A DNA stretch of 43,001 nucleotides from Chloroflexota bacterium. GTDB lineage: Bacteria > Chloroflexota > Dehalococcoidia > GIF9 > UBA5629. The DNA is taken from NCBI GenBank assembly GCA_020354105.1, contig CP070642.1:1541044-1584044 (forward strand). Reading direction: 5' to 3'. Shown here in pieces: positions 1-10,044 of the stretch. A program made the translations under genes and the position numbers. Under the pieces are notes generated by a model. The model made no database searches. It had not been told where the DNA came from and saw only the letters and a program-made list of their open reading frames with translations. Every line of letters begins with the position of its first letter. Positions within the stretch are counted from its first letter, which is position 1.

Positions 1-662
1 TAGTTAATAAAGCCTAACACGTCGAAATCAGACAGGTTATCAATAATAAATTGGCGTTCAGCATCATCATGTGTTTTCGAACCGACAATGTAGTACTTTT
101 TTACGCCCAGGTCTTTGGCTAAATCTCGGATTGCCCGAGCTGTCTGAAAGCTGCGCTGCCCCGGTTCAACTACTATGATAAAAGCATCCACACCTTTAGC
201 TGTTCCTCGTCCTAGGTTCTCTACGCCGGCATCCATGTCCATGACGACCACTTCGGATCTACTTAAGACCAGATGGCTGACCAGACTCTTGAGTAGAGCT
301 CCTTCTGGACACAGGCACCCGCTACCCCCTTTTTTGACAGTTCCCATGACCAGGAGTTTTATACCGTTCTTTTGAATTGAAAACTTCTCAGGAATATCGT
401 CTACCTTGGGATTTAGCTTAAAAAATGTGCCAAAACTGCTAGGCCTAGCTCCTGTGCGTTCCTGTATCAGCTCCTGGAGGTCGGCGATTGGAGTTATGCG
501 GCTGGCTTCGTCGGCACTGACGCCTAATGCTGTAGCTAAGTTAGCATCGGGATTAGCATCAATGGCTATAACCTTATTGCCTTCGGCAGCATATATCCGA
601 GCCAGAAGGCTTGTTAGCGTAGTTTTGCCTACACCACCCTTACCGGTTATAGCTAGTTTCAT
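1..662 (-). CDS. cooC: CooC/AcsF-type MinD-family nickel-insertion ATPase (CO dehydrogenase/ACS maturation factor); C-terminus runs off the window edge
   Basis: Absent from the ORF track because the frame stays open to position 1. Hand translation of the minus strand from ATG 662..660 gives MKLAITGKGGVGKTTLTSLLARIYAAEGNKVIAIDANPDANL...GTVKKGGSGCLCPEGALL...VVMDMDAGVENLGRG. It has the deviant Walker A GKGGVGKT and the CxC metal motif typical of CooC. Track ORFs 175..375 and 406..810 (+) are antisense shadows. Confidence 0.7.
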   Translation of the reverse strand, partial: MKLAITGKGGVGKTTLTSLLARIYAAEGNKVIAIDANPDANLATALGVSADEASRITPIADLQELIQERTGARPSSFGTFFKLNPKVDDIPEKFSIQKNGIKLLVMGTVKKGGSGCLCPEGALLKSLVSHLVLSRSEVVVMDMDAGVENLGRGTAKGVDAFIIVVEPGQRSFQTARAIRDLAKDLGVKKYYIVGSKTHDDAERQFIIDNLSDFDVLGFIN

Positions 663-830
663 ATCACATGCTAGTGTGCTGAGGAGGATATTGTTGGTGA
701 TAGAGTATCACAGCCCATGGAGTTATCATTTCTGCAACGAATCTGAATGGAGTATATCCGATGGTGGAGCCAAAATCAAGGTTTTTCGAATGGGTTCTCA
801 AGTTAATTAGAGCAATGCTATAATAGGACG

Positions 831-1694
831 ATGCGCATTGCTATCATTGGATTAGGTCTTATCGGCGGTTCGATAGGCTTCGCTTTAAAACAAGCAGGTT
901 GGCGAGGGGCAGAAATAATCGGTTATGCCCGCCGTCGAGAAACAGGCTCTTTGGCTCTGGAATTAGGTGCTGTTGATGAGATTGAGTTAGACCTCCGTAA
1001 TGCAGTCAAAGATGCTGATATTGTCATTATTGCTACACCAGTACTGACTACAAAAGATGTTTTCAAGCAAATAGCTTCTGTATTGCCCGATGGCTCTATC
1101 GTTACCGATACTGCCAGCACTAAGATGCAGGTTATGCAATGGGCGAAAGAGTTGTTACCATCAAGGGTGAGCTTTGTTGGTGGACATCCCATGGCAGGCA
1201 AGGAAATTTCAGGTATTAGAGCTGCTAATGACGATTTGTTCCATAATTGCATTTATTGTTTGACACCATTACCACAGACTAAACCAGCAGCAGTGCGGAT
1301 TGTAAAAGATATGGTTAATAAACTGGGAGCTATTCCCTTGGTCATTGAGGCTGAAGAGCATGACAGATTGGTAGCTGGCGTTAGTCATTTGCCGTTATTA
1401 CTATCGGTGGCTCTGGTCTCAGTAACTACCAAGCATCCATCTTGGCAGCACATGTCACGTCTGGCAGCTAGTGGTTACCGTGACCTTACCCGTCTGGCTT
1501 CGGGAAATCCAGAGGTCAGTGCACATATTTGCCTTAGTAATCAGGCCGCTATTGTCTCCTGGATTGATGCGTTTATCGAAGAGTTGCAAGGACTACGTGG
1601 ATTGATAGCTGATGGCACAGATGACATAGAGGAGGCCCTAGCTCTTGCCAATGAGGCGAGGCAGAAATGGCTGGAAAGACGCTGCAAAAAATAA
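831..1694 (+). CDS. tyrA: Prephenate (arogenate) dehydrogenase
   Basis: 287 aa. N-terminal Rossmann motif MRIAIIGLGLIGGSIG, a GGHPMAG motif, and a position directly upstream of aroA, overlapping it. Confidence 0.85.
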   Translation: MRIAIIGLGLIGGSIGFALKQAGWRGAEIIGYARRRETGSLALELGAVDEIELDLRNAVKDADIVIIATPVLTTKDVFKQIASVLPDGSIVTDTASTKMQVMQWAKELLPSRVSFVGGHPMAGKEISGIRAANDDLFHNCIYCLTPLPQTKPAAVRIVKDMVNKLGAIPLVIEAEEHDRLVAGVSHLPLLLSVALVSVTTKHPSWQHMSRLAASGYRDLTRLASGNPEVSAHICLSNQAAIVSWIDAFIEELQGLRGLIADGTDDIEEALALANEARQKWLERRCKK

Positions 1695-2980
1695 TCTCAT
1701 CGCCTAAGCAATTGGTTGGAGAGATTGCTGTACCCGGTGATAAATCTATTTCGCATCGTGCTCTCATATTCAATAGTTTGTCTCTGGGTAGCAGTAAAAT
1801 CAGCAATCTATCGCCAGGTAAAGATTGTGTATCGACCATAAATTGCTTGAAGGCACTCGGAGTGAAGCTAGAAAAACAGAAAGATAAGCCATCAGACATG
1901 CTCCTTCATGGAGCCAGTGGTACAGGCTTGACTGAAGCTAAAGATATTCTCAATGCAGGAAACAGTGGTACAACGATGCGTCTTCTCAGCGGAGTGCTTG
2001 TATCTCAACCCTTTCTTTCTATTCTTACTGGGGATTCTTCTCTTCGCTCTAGGCCGATGAAGCGTCTGGTAGAGCCTCTTCGTTTGATGGGTGCTGAAAT
2101 CTATGGGCGTGATGACGACTCTTTCGCCCCCTTGGTTATCAGGGGTAAGAAACTTGCAGGTGTGGATTACACTCTGCCTGTGCCCAGTGCCCAGATTAAA
2201 TCGGCGATATTGCTGGCCGGGCTTTTTGCTCAGGGCAACACTGGCGTGAAACAGCCTCAGCCATCCCGTGATCATACTGAGCGACTGCTCAAGCTGATGG
2301 GTGCCAAGATTGAAATTGAAACCCATCATGTTTCCTTAACACCATTGAGTGTCCCCTTGGTCGCAGTTGACATCCGTGTGCCCGGTGATATTAGCTCAGC
2401 TGCCTACTGGCTGGTTGCTGGTGCTATTCATCAGAATGCTAGAATTAGGATAGTAAATTGTGGCGTTAATCCAACACGGACCGGGATTATCGATGTGCTT
2501 TCAGCTATGGGTGCCAAGCTTAGACTGGAGAATCAGCGATTGGAAGGCAATGAGCCTGTTGCTGATTTGTGCGTAGAGTCTAGCCGTCTGAAGGCTATTG
2601 AAATCGGTGGAGCTATAATTCCTCGCTTAATCGACGAAATACCCCTGTTGGCTGTAGCGGCCTGCGTGGCTCAAGGCAAGACTGTAATCAGAGATGCTGG
2701 TGAGTTAAGAGTTAAAGAATCTGATAGAATTGTGACAACAATTCGAGAATTGTCCCGCCTTGGTGCCAGGATTGAAGAATTATCTGACGGCATGGTTATC
2801 CATGGAGACAGGGCATTACGAGGTGCAGAAGTGAAGAGTCATGCTGATCACCGACTAGCGATGAGTTTGGCGGTTGCTGGCTTGATTGCAAGGGGGAAAA
2901 CCTCAATCCAAAATGCTCGTGTGGCAGAAATATCAAACCCGAATTTTTGGAAGGAATTGGGAGGGCTTGCTAGGTATTAG
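1667..2980 (+). CDS. aroA: 3-phosphoshikimate 1-carboxyvinyltransferase (EPSP synthase)
   Basis: 437 aa. Shows VPGDKSISHRALIF, NAGNSGTTMRLL and ELRVKESDRI, the classic EPSP synthase motifs. Overlaps tyrA by 28 nt. Confidence 0.93.
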   Translation: MAGKTLQKIISSPKQLVGEIAVPGDKSISHRALIFNSLSLGSSKISNLSPGKDCVSTINCLKALGVKLEKQKDKPSDMLLHGASGTGLTEAKDILNAGNSGTTMRLLSGVLVSQPFLSILTGDSSLRSRPMKRLVEPLRLMGAEIYGRDDDSFAPLVIRGKKLAGVDYTLPVPSAQIKSAILLAGLFAQGNTGVKQPQPSRDHTERLLKLMGAKIEIETHHVSLTPLSVPLVAVDIRVPGDISSAAYWLVAGAIHQNARIRIVNCGVNPTRTGIIDVLSAMGAKLRLENQRLEGNEPVADLCVESSRLKAIEIGGAIIPRLIDEIPLLAVAACVAQGKTVIRDAGELRVKESDRIVTTIRELSRLGARIEELSDGMVIHGDRALRGAEVKSHADHRLAMSLAVAGLIARGKTSIQNARVAEISNPNFWKELGGLARY

Positions 2981-3029
2981 GATCAATATGCTTAGCATGG
3001 TTTTAAGAAAGAACTGATGAGGAATAAAA

Positions 3030-3653
3030 GTGACTCGTGACAAGTTGAATAAGACTCAATCTACATATCCTCTCTTTATTGTTATCTCTGGTCCCTCTGG
3101 TGTTGGCAAGGATGCAGCATTAGATAATATGAAGAAGGCAGGTTTTCCCTTCCACTATGTTTTGACTGCTACTACTCGTCTGAAACGCCCTGCAGAGAAA
3201 GACGGTGTTGCTTACCGGTTTTTATCCGAAGATAAATTTCGTCAAATGATTGGAGCAAACCAGTTTTTGGAATGGGCGAAAGTTTATGGCAACTACTATG
3301 GTGTGCCTAAGCAAGAAGTAAAGAATGCTTTAAAACAGGGGTTGGACACCATCGTAAAAGTGGATATTCAGGGGGCGACTACTATCAAAAGCATTTTGGC
3401 TGATGCCGTATTGATTTTCCTAATGCCTCCGTCCATGGACGAGCTAGTTAACCGACTGAAACAGCGTTATGGATTGTCTTCTGAGGAGTTAGACTTGCGA
3501 TTAAGTAAGGCTCAGGAAGAAATAGAAAGCTTGTCTATTTTCGATTATGTCGTAGTAAATCATACAGACGACCTGAACCTTACTGTTGACCAGATAAATG
3601 CAATAGTTGTTGCTGAAAAGTGTCGGTTAAAACCAAGAGTCGTAACTTTGTAG
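3030..3653 (+). CDS. gmk: Guanylate kinase
   Basis: 207 aa with a GTG start. P-loop ISGPSGVGKD, a TTR motif (TATTRLKRPAEKDGVAYRF) and EWAKVYGNYYG are typical of Gmk. Confidence 0.85.
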   Translation: MTRDKLNKTQSTYPLFIVISGPSGVGKDAALDNMKKAGFPFHYVLTATTRLKRPAEKDGVAYRFLSEDKFRQMIGANQFLEWAKVYGNYYGVPKQEVKNALKQGLDTIVKVDIQGATTIKSILADAVLIFLMPPSMDELVNRLKQRYGLSSEELDLRLSKAQEEIESLSIFDYVVVNHTDDLNLTVDQINAIVVAEKCRLKPRVVTL

Positions 3654-3719
3654 GAACCTCCAGCGCTGCCAGTAATGTAAATATCCTGACAGATGCGGAA
3701 TGGATGAGCTATTTTGCAC

Positions 3720-4199
3720 TTAAGTGAAGTCCAGTACCTCTAGAATCTTGTTTTCTTTGGCCCTCATCTGTTGGTTCTCATGAGGAAGCTCATGGTCATA
3801 CCCCAAAAGGTGCAGTACACCGTGAACGATTAACAATGATAGCTCTCGCTCTATACTATTCCCCTGCTGTTGTGCTTGCTTGACAGCTTGAGGATACGAA
3901 ATTACTACTTCACCCAGATGGTGTATCCCATCGGGTGGATCTACAAATGGGGATTCAACTTCTTGATTCTTGCTCGGAACCATATGAAAGGCGAGCACGT
4001 CGGTAGATTTATCATCGCCACGATAGGTTCTATTTAGCTTCTGAATTGTCTTGTTATCGGTGATGACCAATCCCATCTCTGCTGCTGAGACAATACCCTC
4101 GATCTCAAGGGTTTTTAGCACTATTTCTTGAAGCTGGTTTTCATTCAGGCAAATATTTAAATTCTGCTTTACAGAGATATTGATTTCTGGCTTGGTCAT
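3720..4199 (-). CDS. ybeY: rRNA maturation endoribonuclease YbeY
   Basis: 159 aa with the zinc-binding motif HGVLHLLGYDH near the C-terminus. Confidence 0.9.
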   Translation of the reverse strand: MTKPEINISVKQNLNICLNENQLQEIVLKTLEIEGIVSAAEMGLVITDNKTIQKLNRTYRGDDKSTDVLAFHMVPSKNQEVESPFVDPPDGIHHLGEVVISYPQAVKQAQQQGNSIERELSLLIVHGVLHLLGYDHELPHENQQMRAKENKILEVLDFT

Positions 4200-4268
4200 G
4201 ATCTATTCCCACCAAAGCATAATATCAGAATAGCTTATCTCAATAAAGACCTACCAATATTCATTTTG

Positions 4269-4298
4269 TTGAAAGCAATAAAAAAACTGTGATATATT
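4269..4298 (+). promoter_or_regulatory. Candidate sigma70-type promoter for tRNA-Ser
   Basis: TTGAAA (4269..4274), an 18-nt spacer, then TATATT (4293..4298) preceded by TGa (extended -10). It lies about 29 nt upstream of the tRNA 5' end. Confidence 0.4.
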
Positions 4299-4326
4299 GA
4301 GCCTGGGTTTTATCCTGTGTAGCTGG

Positions 4327-4418
4327 GGAGGGATCGCATAGTGGTCTAGTGCGGCCGCCTGCTAAGCGGTTGCTCCGAGAAATCGGGGTCATGGGTTCGA
4401 ATCCCATTCCCTCCGCCA
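4327..4418 (+). tRNA. tRNA-Ser (anticodon GCU), class II with a long variable arm, CCA encoded
   Basis: Hand-folded. Acceptor GGAGGGA/TCCCTCC, anticodon stem GCCGC/GCGGT with loop CTGCTAA, a 20-nt variable arm, T-arm ATGGG-TTCGAAT-CCCAT, discriminator G and CCA. Confidence 0.9.
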
Positions 4419-4420
4419 TA

Positions 4421-4448
4421 TCGATATACAATATCAGGCATATATCGA
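4421..4448 (+). terminator. Weak AT-rich hairpin immediately after tRNA-Ser (possible terminator or processing signal)
   Basis: TCGATATA (4421..4428) and TATATCGA (4441..4448) are perfect reverse complements around a 12-nt loop, followed by CTTTCTC. The stem is AT-rich and there is no clean U-tract. Confidence 0.25.
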
Positions 4449-4597
4449 CTTTCTCAATATGGGCTTATAGCCAAGCCTGTTTGTAATTGAGTTGGAGACA
4501 CTAATTTCAAGACTTTTTGTCCGTTAAATACTCAGACATAAACAACTATCCTACTATATGATATAGGACTGACCCAAATAACTTCGGAGGTACATAC

Positions 4598-5809
4598 GTG
4601 AATCAGCCATTGGAAGGAATTAGAGTTTTAGAGCTTGGGATGTTTCATGCTGGACCTGGTGGTTCTGCTATCCTAGGTGACCTAGGTGCGGAGGTAATAA
4701 AAATAGAACAGCCGGGCTCAGGTGATCCGATTCGGAAATTGGATTTCGTGGGACAGGTGCACCTGCAGCTCGAAGGAGGGCGTAGTATATGGCATGAAGG
4801 TGCTAACCGCAGTAAGAAGAGTGTAACCATAGACTTGAATAAGGAAGAAGGCAGGGAAATAGCTTATCGACTGGTGAGTAAGTCAGATGTTTTTCTTGCC
4901 AGTGTGCGTAGACCGGCTGTGGAGAAACTTAAAATGGATTATGCCACATTATCTAGGATAAACCCAAAGATTATTTATGCCTGGGTTTCAGGCTATGGTC
5001 CAAATGGTCCTGATCGTGATGTGGGTGCCTTTGATTATCAGGGACAGGGCAGGTCAGGGATGATGTTTTGTGTAGGAGAGCCGGACATGACACCGCTTGT
5101 CTCCCAGTTTGGGATTATCGACCAGGCTACATCGATTATGGCCAGCCACGAGATAATTACCGCTTTATTCATGCGCGAGCGTTTTGGAATTGGACAGGAA
5201 GTACATGTTTCCATTTTAAGCACTGCTCTCTATATGCTCTATTGCAATGTTCTAATTGCTCTCGTTGGTGGTTTCGAAGCCCCTCGGCATAAACGGGCAA
5301 CTGAGCACCCACTTAGAAATTATTACAAATGTGCTGATGACCGCTGGTTTATCTTAACAGCAGGTATTTTTAACAAGTATTGGCCATCGCTTTGTCAGGC
5401 AGTAGGACACCCTGAATTGGAGAATGATGAAAGGTTTGACTCGGCTGAGAAACTGCGCGTTAATTCCGGGCAGCTCGTTGCTTTTTTCGATCAGCTTTTT
5501 GCTACCCGCCCCAGAGACGAATGGCTCAAAGTTCTTGCCGGATATGATTTACCCGTGGCTCCGGTTAACAGATTGTGTGAACTTATCGATGATCAACAGA
5601 TAATGGAGAACAAATATATTATGGATTTTGATCATCCTAAATTAGGGAAGATAAAGATACCCGGTTATCCTGTCCATTTTAGTAAGGCTGATGCTGGAAC
5701 TAAAACTGCTGCCCCAGAACTGGGAGAACATACCTCATCTGTTTTGAGAGAGATTGGTAGCTATTCGGACAAGGAAATAGCCCAATTCAGGGATGAGGGT
5801 ATAATTTGA
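4598..5809 (+). CDS. Family III CoA-transferase (CaiB/BaiF/Frc family)
   Basis: 403 aa with a GTG start. The N-terminus PLEGIRVLELGMFHAGPGGSAILGDLGAEVIKIE is the signature opening of family III CoA-transferases. Confidence 0.85.
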   Translation: MNQPLEGIRVLELGMFHAGPGGSAILGDLGAEVIKIEQPGSGDPIRKLDFVGQVHLQLEGGRSIWHEGANRSKKSVTIDLNKEEGREIAYRLVSKSDVFLASVRRPAVEKLKMDYATLSRINPKIIYAWVSGYGPNGPDRDVGAFDYQGQGRSGMMFCVGEPDMTPLVSQFGIIDQATSIMASHEIITALFMRERFGIGQEVHVSILSTALYMLYCNVLIALVGGFEAPRHKRATEHPLRNYYKCADDRWFILTAGIFNKYWPSLCQAVGHPELENDERFDSAEKLRVNSGQLVAFFDQLFATRPRDEWLKVLAGYDLPVAPVNRLCELIDDQQIMENKYIMDFDHPKLGKIKIPGYPVHFSKADAGTKTAAPELGEHTSSVLREIGSYSDKEIAQFRDEGII

Positions 5810-5849
5810 CTTTGCTGCGGAACTGCGAAGGAAATTCTGAAAGATCGTA

Positions 5850-7121
5850 ATGAACGTGCCCAAGTATTACATTTGGACAATCGGTTGCCAGATGAATAAA
5901 GCAGAGTCTCAACGAGTGGCGGATTATCTAGAAGTACTCGGTTATAAGGCAGCACCTGTACTACAGAGTGCTGACTTGGTTGTACTCAATACCTGTGTAG
6001 TCCGACAGAGCGCTGAAAGCAAAGTTATTGGCACCCTTGGCTATCTCAAAGGTGTTAAGTATGAAAAGCCTGACTTTTCTATTCTAGTTACAGGTTGCTT
6101 TGTTGATTCTGATGTTAAGCGGCTTGAGCATAACTTCCCGCAAGTTGATCTGTTCTTCAAGCCTGGTGATTATATCGGATTGCGAAACTGGGCTAAAGAG
6201 AAAGGCATTGATATACTTGAGGATATAACAAGTTTGTCTTCGGCCAAGAATGTAGCAGTTAGTGCTTTTGTACCCATTATTCAAGGTTGCAATAATTTCT
6301 GTTCATACTGCATCGTACCTTACCGGCTGGGTAGAGAGCGAAGTCGTCCCATAGAGGATGTGGTTCGCGAGGTTACAGAGTTGGTAAGACGGGGGGCAAA
6401 GGAGGCCACTTTATTAGGCCAAAATGTTAACTCTTATGGACATGACCTTCCGTCACAACCTGACCTCGGCACATTGCTAACAGAGTTAAATTGTGTTGAA
6501 GGATTGGCTAGGATTCGTTTTTTAACTAGCCATCCTAAAGACGTGACCCAGAAGTTTATCCGAGATATCGCTTCCCTGACAAATGTCTGCGAGTATATGA
6601 ACCTTCCTCTCCAGGCAGGAGATAATGATGTGCTCAAAGCTATGCGAAGAGGATATACTGTCGAACAGTACCGACAACTTGTTGGTAATATCCGCAATTG
6701 TATCTCTGGGATAGCCCTGGGTACCGATGTCATCGTTGGCTTTCCCGGAGAAAGCGAAGAGCAATTTGAGCGCACATTAGCCATGCTTGAGGATATTAGG
6801 TTTGATACTGTTCATGTTGCGGCTTATTCTCCACGCCCTAATACCATTGCTGCAAGGAAATATGATGACAATGTTTCGCCTGATACTAAGAAGGAACGCC
6901 TGAACAAAGTTGAGACACTTCAAGCTAAGGTAGCTGGTGATATTAACTCTTGGCTTAAAGGCGAGAAGGTAGAGGTTTTGGTGGAGGGCAATAAAAGTGG
7001 TAAATGGTATGGGCGCACACGGAACAACAAACTGGTCTTTTTTGAGAGTGATGCTGATTGCCTAGGACAACTGGTAGATGTTACTATAACTAAGACTAGT
7101 CCGTGGGCATTGCAAGCATGA
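5850..7121 (+). CDS. miaB: Radical-SAM methylthiotransferase, MiaB-type (tRNA ms2i6A synthase)
   Basis: 423 aa. UPF0004 N-domain (YIWTIGCQMNKAES, LNTCVVR), radical SAM CNNFCSYCIVP, and a C-terminal TRAM-like segment. Assignment to MiaB versus RimO/MtaB is not certain. Confidence 0.8.
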   Translation: MNVPKYYIWTIGCQMNKAESQRVADYLEVLGYKAAPVLQSADLVVLNTCVVRQSAESKVIGTLGYLKGVKYEKPDFSILVTGCFVDSDVKRLEHNFPQVDLFFKPGDYIGLRNWAKEKGIDILEDITSLSSAKNVAVSAFVPIIQGCNNFCSYCIVPYRLGRERSRPIEDVVREVTELVRRGAKEATLLGQNVNSYGHDLPSQPDLGTLLTELNCVEGLARIRFLTSHPKDVTQKFIRDIASLTNVCEYMNLPLQAGDNDVLKAMRRGYTVEQYRQLVGNIRNCISGIALGTDVIVGFPGESEEQFERTLAMLEDIRFDTVHVAAYSPRPNTIAARKYDDNVSPDTKKERLNKVETLQAKVAGDINSWLKGEKVEVLVEGNKSGKWYGRTRNNKLVFFESDADCLGQLVDVTITKTSPWALQA

Positions 7122-7157
7122 TCGCAAAGGTTGGTAGTAAACTAAAAAGTTTGAATA

Positions 7158-8699
7158 ATGATTTATGATTACATAGTAGTTGGCAGTGGTATTGCTGGGC
7201 TTTACACCGCCCTTCTGGCCAAAGAAGCAGGCAGTGTTCTTATCTTGACTAAGGGTGGCGTTGAAGATTGCAATACTAGACACGCCCAGGGTGGAATTGC
7301 TGCCCCTATCGGAAAGAACGATTCTCCAGAGCTTCATTTCCAAGACACTATGAATGCAGGTGATGGCTTATGTGACTCTGAGGCGGTGCAAATTCTGGTT
7401 AATGAAGCACCAGACCGAATTGCAGACCTTATAAAATTCGGTGTTCCCTTTGATACATTGGATGGAGAGATTGCTTTAACAAGAGAAGCTGCACACAGTG
7501 TTCCTCGCGTAATACATGCTGGTGGTGATGCTACTGGCGAGCATATCGAAGTTACTCTAAGCAGGAGAGTACGCATGTCTTCAATAAAGGTCTTGGAATA
7601 CTGTTTAGCCACACAGATTATATTAGAAGCTGGGAAGGTCAAAGGTGTTAGAGCCATCGATTGCCGTAGTGGTTTAATCGAAGAGTATGAATGCCGCTTT
7701 GTCATTCTGGCTACAGGTGGTGCTGGACGACTGTTTAAATATACAACAAACTCTGATATAGCCACTGGTGATGGGCTTGCGCTAGCTTTTCAAGCCGGTG
7801 CTGAAATCACGGATATGGAATTCTTTCAGTTTCATCCGACTGCTGTTCGCCTTCCCGGGGTTCCGCCGTTCCTTATTAGTGAAGCTGTACGTGGAGAAGG
7901 CGGTATCTTACGCAATGTAGAAAGCTATCGGTTTATGCCCGATTATGTGTCTGAAGCTGAGTTGGCACCTAGGGATGTAGTAGCTAGGAGCATTCTCTAT
8001 GAGATGAGAAAAACTGGTAGCGACCGAGTATTTCTGGATGTCACTCATATCCCTGCCCGGAGAGTTGCTACACGCTTCCCTCATATTTATCGCTTCTGCC
8101 TCGATCATGGTTTGGATATCACCAAAGGACTTATCCCTGTAGCTCCAGCCGCCCATTACTTGATGGGTGGTGTTAAAGTCAATACGTGGGGGGAGACAAA
8201 TATCGAAGGATTATTTGCTGCTGGTGAAACTGCTTGCACTGGTGTCCATGGCGCCAATAGGCTAGCCTCAAACTCTTTGCTTGAAGTTGTTGTTTTCAGT
8301 AAACGGATTCTAGAGAGAACTCGTGAGATAACCAAGGCTACTCCAACATCGGCTACTAATAAGACCGACTGTTATCACCTTGAAGAACGAAAAAAATTAA
8401 AGACTGTCTCACGGCTTAATTTATCAAACCTAGAATCTCTTCTTTGGGACAAAGTTGGCATAGTTCGTTCTGGTGACGGCCTGTCTGAAGCTGTGGATAT
8501 TCTAGCTACCTGGCAAGCTTTGTTGTCTCAGCCAACAGATCGTCCTTCATATGAGTTAAACAATATGGTGTTGAATGCTCGCTTCATGGCAGAGGCAGCT
8601 TTGCTTCGCAAAGAAAGCCGTGGTGCTCATTTCCGTACAGACTTTCCCAAATCTTCGCCAGATTGGCAAAAACATATTGTTTTCAGGGCAAAGAACTAG
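7158..8699 (+). CDS. nadB: L-aspartate oxidase
   Basis: 513 aa. FAD motif DYIVVGSGIAGL, then HAQGGIAA, HPTA, and a C-terminal ESRGAHFRTDFP typical of the NadB/succinate dehydrogenase flavoprotein family. The size fits NadB. Confidence 0.88.
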   Translation: MIYDYIVVGSGIAGLYTALLAKEAGSVLILTKGGVEDCNTRHAQGGIAAPIGKNDSPELHFQDTMNAGDGLCDSEAVQILVNEAPDRIADLIKFGVPFDTLDGEIALTREAAHSVPRVIHAGGDATGEHIEVTLSRRVRMSSIKVLEYCLATQIILEAGKVKGVRAIDCRSGLIEEYECRFVILATGGAGRLFKYTTNSDIATGDGLALAFQAGAEITDMEFFQFHPTAVRLPGVPPFLISEAVRGEGGILRNVESYRFMPDYVSEAELAPRDVVARSILYEMRKTGSDRVFLDVTHIPARRVATRFPHIYRFCLDHGLDITKGLIPVAPAAHYLMGGVKVNTWGETNIEGLFAAGETACTGVHGANRLASNSLLEVVVFSKRILERTREITKATPTSATNKTDCYHLEERKKLKTVSRLNLSNLESLLWDKVGIVRSGDGLSEAVDILATWQALLSQPTDRPSYELNNMVLNARFMAEAALLRKESRGAHFRTDFPKSSPDWQKHIVFRAKN

Positions 8700-8776
8700 A
8701 CTCAGAAGATAAGCCATGCACTTGTAACTATCTCGGCTGATGTACAAATCTTGCTCACATCGGAAATAGACTGCTG

Positions 8777-8785
8777 TGTTATAAT
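8777..8785 (+). promoter_or_regulatory. Candidate extended -10 promoter upstream of the FrhB-like/iorAB genes
   Basis: TGtTATAAT (TG 8777..8778, TATAAT 8780..8785). No convincing -35 at 17 nt. Confidence 0.3.
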
Positions 8786-8899
8786 TCCATATTGTGCTAT
8801 GGCGTAACCCGGAGAATTTTTGTTGGAGGCACTAATTCTTCATGCTGAAGGTATCATCTAAGATTTTCATAATAGTTCTAATACCGGAAGGAGAGTATT

Positions 8900-10015
8900 A
8901 TGGCTGCAGAATCTAAGGGTTGCAAGGGGCTGTTCGATGAGGTTATAGATGCAGGGCTGTGTACCTTGTGTGGTGCCTGTACGGGCAGATGTCCTTACTT
9001 GGCTTACTACCAAGGCAGAATAGCACTTTTGGATAATTGCACTAGAATTGATGAAGCGCAATGCTATGATTATTGCCCACGGACTCATATAGATATGAAT
9101 GCAATTAGTCAAAAGATCTTTGGGGTACAATATAGTGATGGTGAGATAGGCAATACAAAAGAGGTGTTAATAGCAAGGTCAACAGATGCCAATATCACAG
9201 AAAAAGCGCAGTATGGTGGTGTAGTAACCACACTCTTATCATTAGCACTGGATGAAGGGTTTATTGAAGGTGCTATTTTGACGAAGACTTCAGATGGCAA
9301 GACTCCGAGCCCTTTTCTGGCTCAGGCTGTTAATGACATACTTCAATGTGCTGGTTCTAGTTATATGGCCTGCCCTGTTTTAGAAAGGTATAACCAAATT
9401 CCCGAAGACAACAGTGACAAGCTGGGAATAGTTGCCATGCCATGTCAAGTCTTAGCTGTGGCCAAGATGAAAGCAAACCCGCCCGCGAATAGAGCCAGCA
9501 TAGATAATATTAGGTTGGTTATTGGACTTTTCTGTACCTGGGCATTGTCTCCGCAAAACTTCTATCAATTTCTGAAGGAAAATCTTGATTTGTCGGAGGT
9601 CAAGAAATTTGATATTCCTCCTCCACCAGCGAACAGATTTGATATTTTCACTGCGTCAAGCAAAACCTCATTCCCACTAGAAAAAATCAGAAAATTCACC
9701 ATGCCTACCTGTGCTTATTGCTTAGATATGACGTCAGAGTTCGCTGATATTTCAGTTGGCTCAGTTGAAGACATTGAAGGCTGGAATACTGTCATTGTTC
9801 GCACTAAAATTGGCGCTGAACTTATGGAAATGGCTAAGAAGAAAGGGAAACTTCAAATCGATAAGTTGCCTTCGGCAAGCTTGGCACATTTGAAAGAGGC
9901 GTCCTTGCTTAAAAAGAAGCGTGCATTGAACGAGATCATCAAAAGGAGTGGTGACAGGAATAACCTGATTTATGTTGGTTTGTCTACTAAGTTGGCCGAG
10001 AAGATACTGGAATAG
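8900..10015 (+). CDS. FrhB/FdhB-family iron-sulfur flavoprotein (coenzyme F420 hydrogenase/dehydrogenase beta-subunit-like)
   Basis: 371 aa. N-terminal ferredoxin-type cysteines CTLCGACTGRCP...CYDYCP are followed by the FrhB_FdhB N/C-domain pattern (AQYGGVVTTLL, GLFCTW, AYCLDMTSEFADISVGS). RBS GGAAGGAGAG lies 6 nt upstream. Confidence 0.75.
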   Translation: MAAESKGCKGLFDEVIDAGLCTLCGACTGRCPYLAYYQGRIALLDNCTRIDEAQCYDYCPRTHIDMNAISQKIFGVQYSDGEIGNTKEVLIARSTDANITEKAQYGGVVTTLLSLALDEGFIEGAILTKTSDGKTPSPFLAQAVNDILQCAGSSYMACPVLERYNQIPEDNSDKLGIVAMPCQVLAVAKMKANPPANRASIDNIRLVIGLFCTWALSPQNFYQFLKENLDLSEVKKFDIPPPPANRFDIFTASSKTSFPLEKIRKFTMPTCAYCLDMTSEFADISVGSVEDIEGWNTVIVRTKIGAELMEMAKKKGKLQIDKLPSASLAHLKEASLLKKKRALNEIIKRSGDRNNLIYVGLSTKLAEKILE

Positions 10016-10044
10016 ATGGAGCAGCAAACAAGGAGGTAATTGAT

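Noticed and set aside
406-810. Track ORFs 175..375 and 406..810 on the plus strand
   Set aside because: They lie antisense to, or just past the start of, the clearly recognisable CooC-type ATPase on the minus strand. Their low-complexity S/A/L-rich translations look like shadow ORFs.
4540-4565. Imperfect inverted repeat TCCTA-N10-TAGGA upstream of the CoA-transferase as a possible operator
   Set aside because: Only 5 bp per arm match, the interior is AT-rich, and no partner regulator is nearby. It is indistinguishable from chance.
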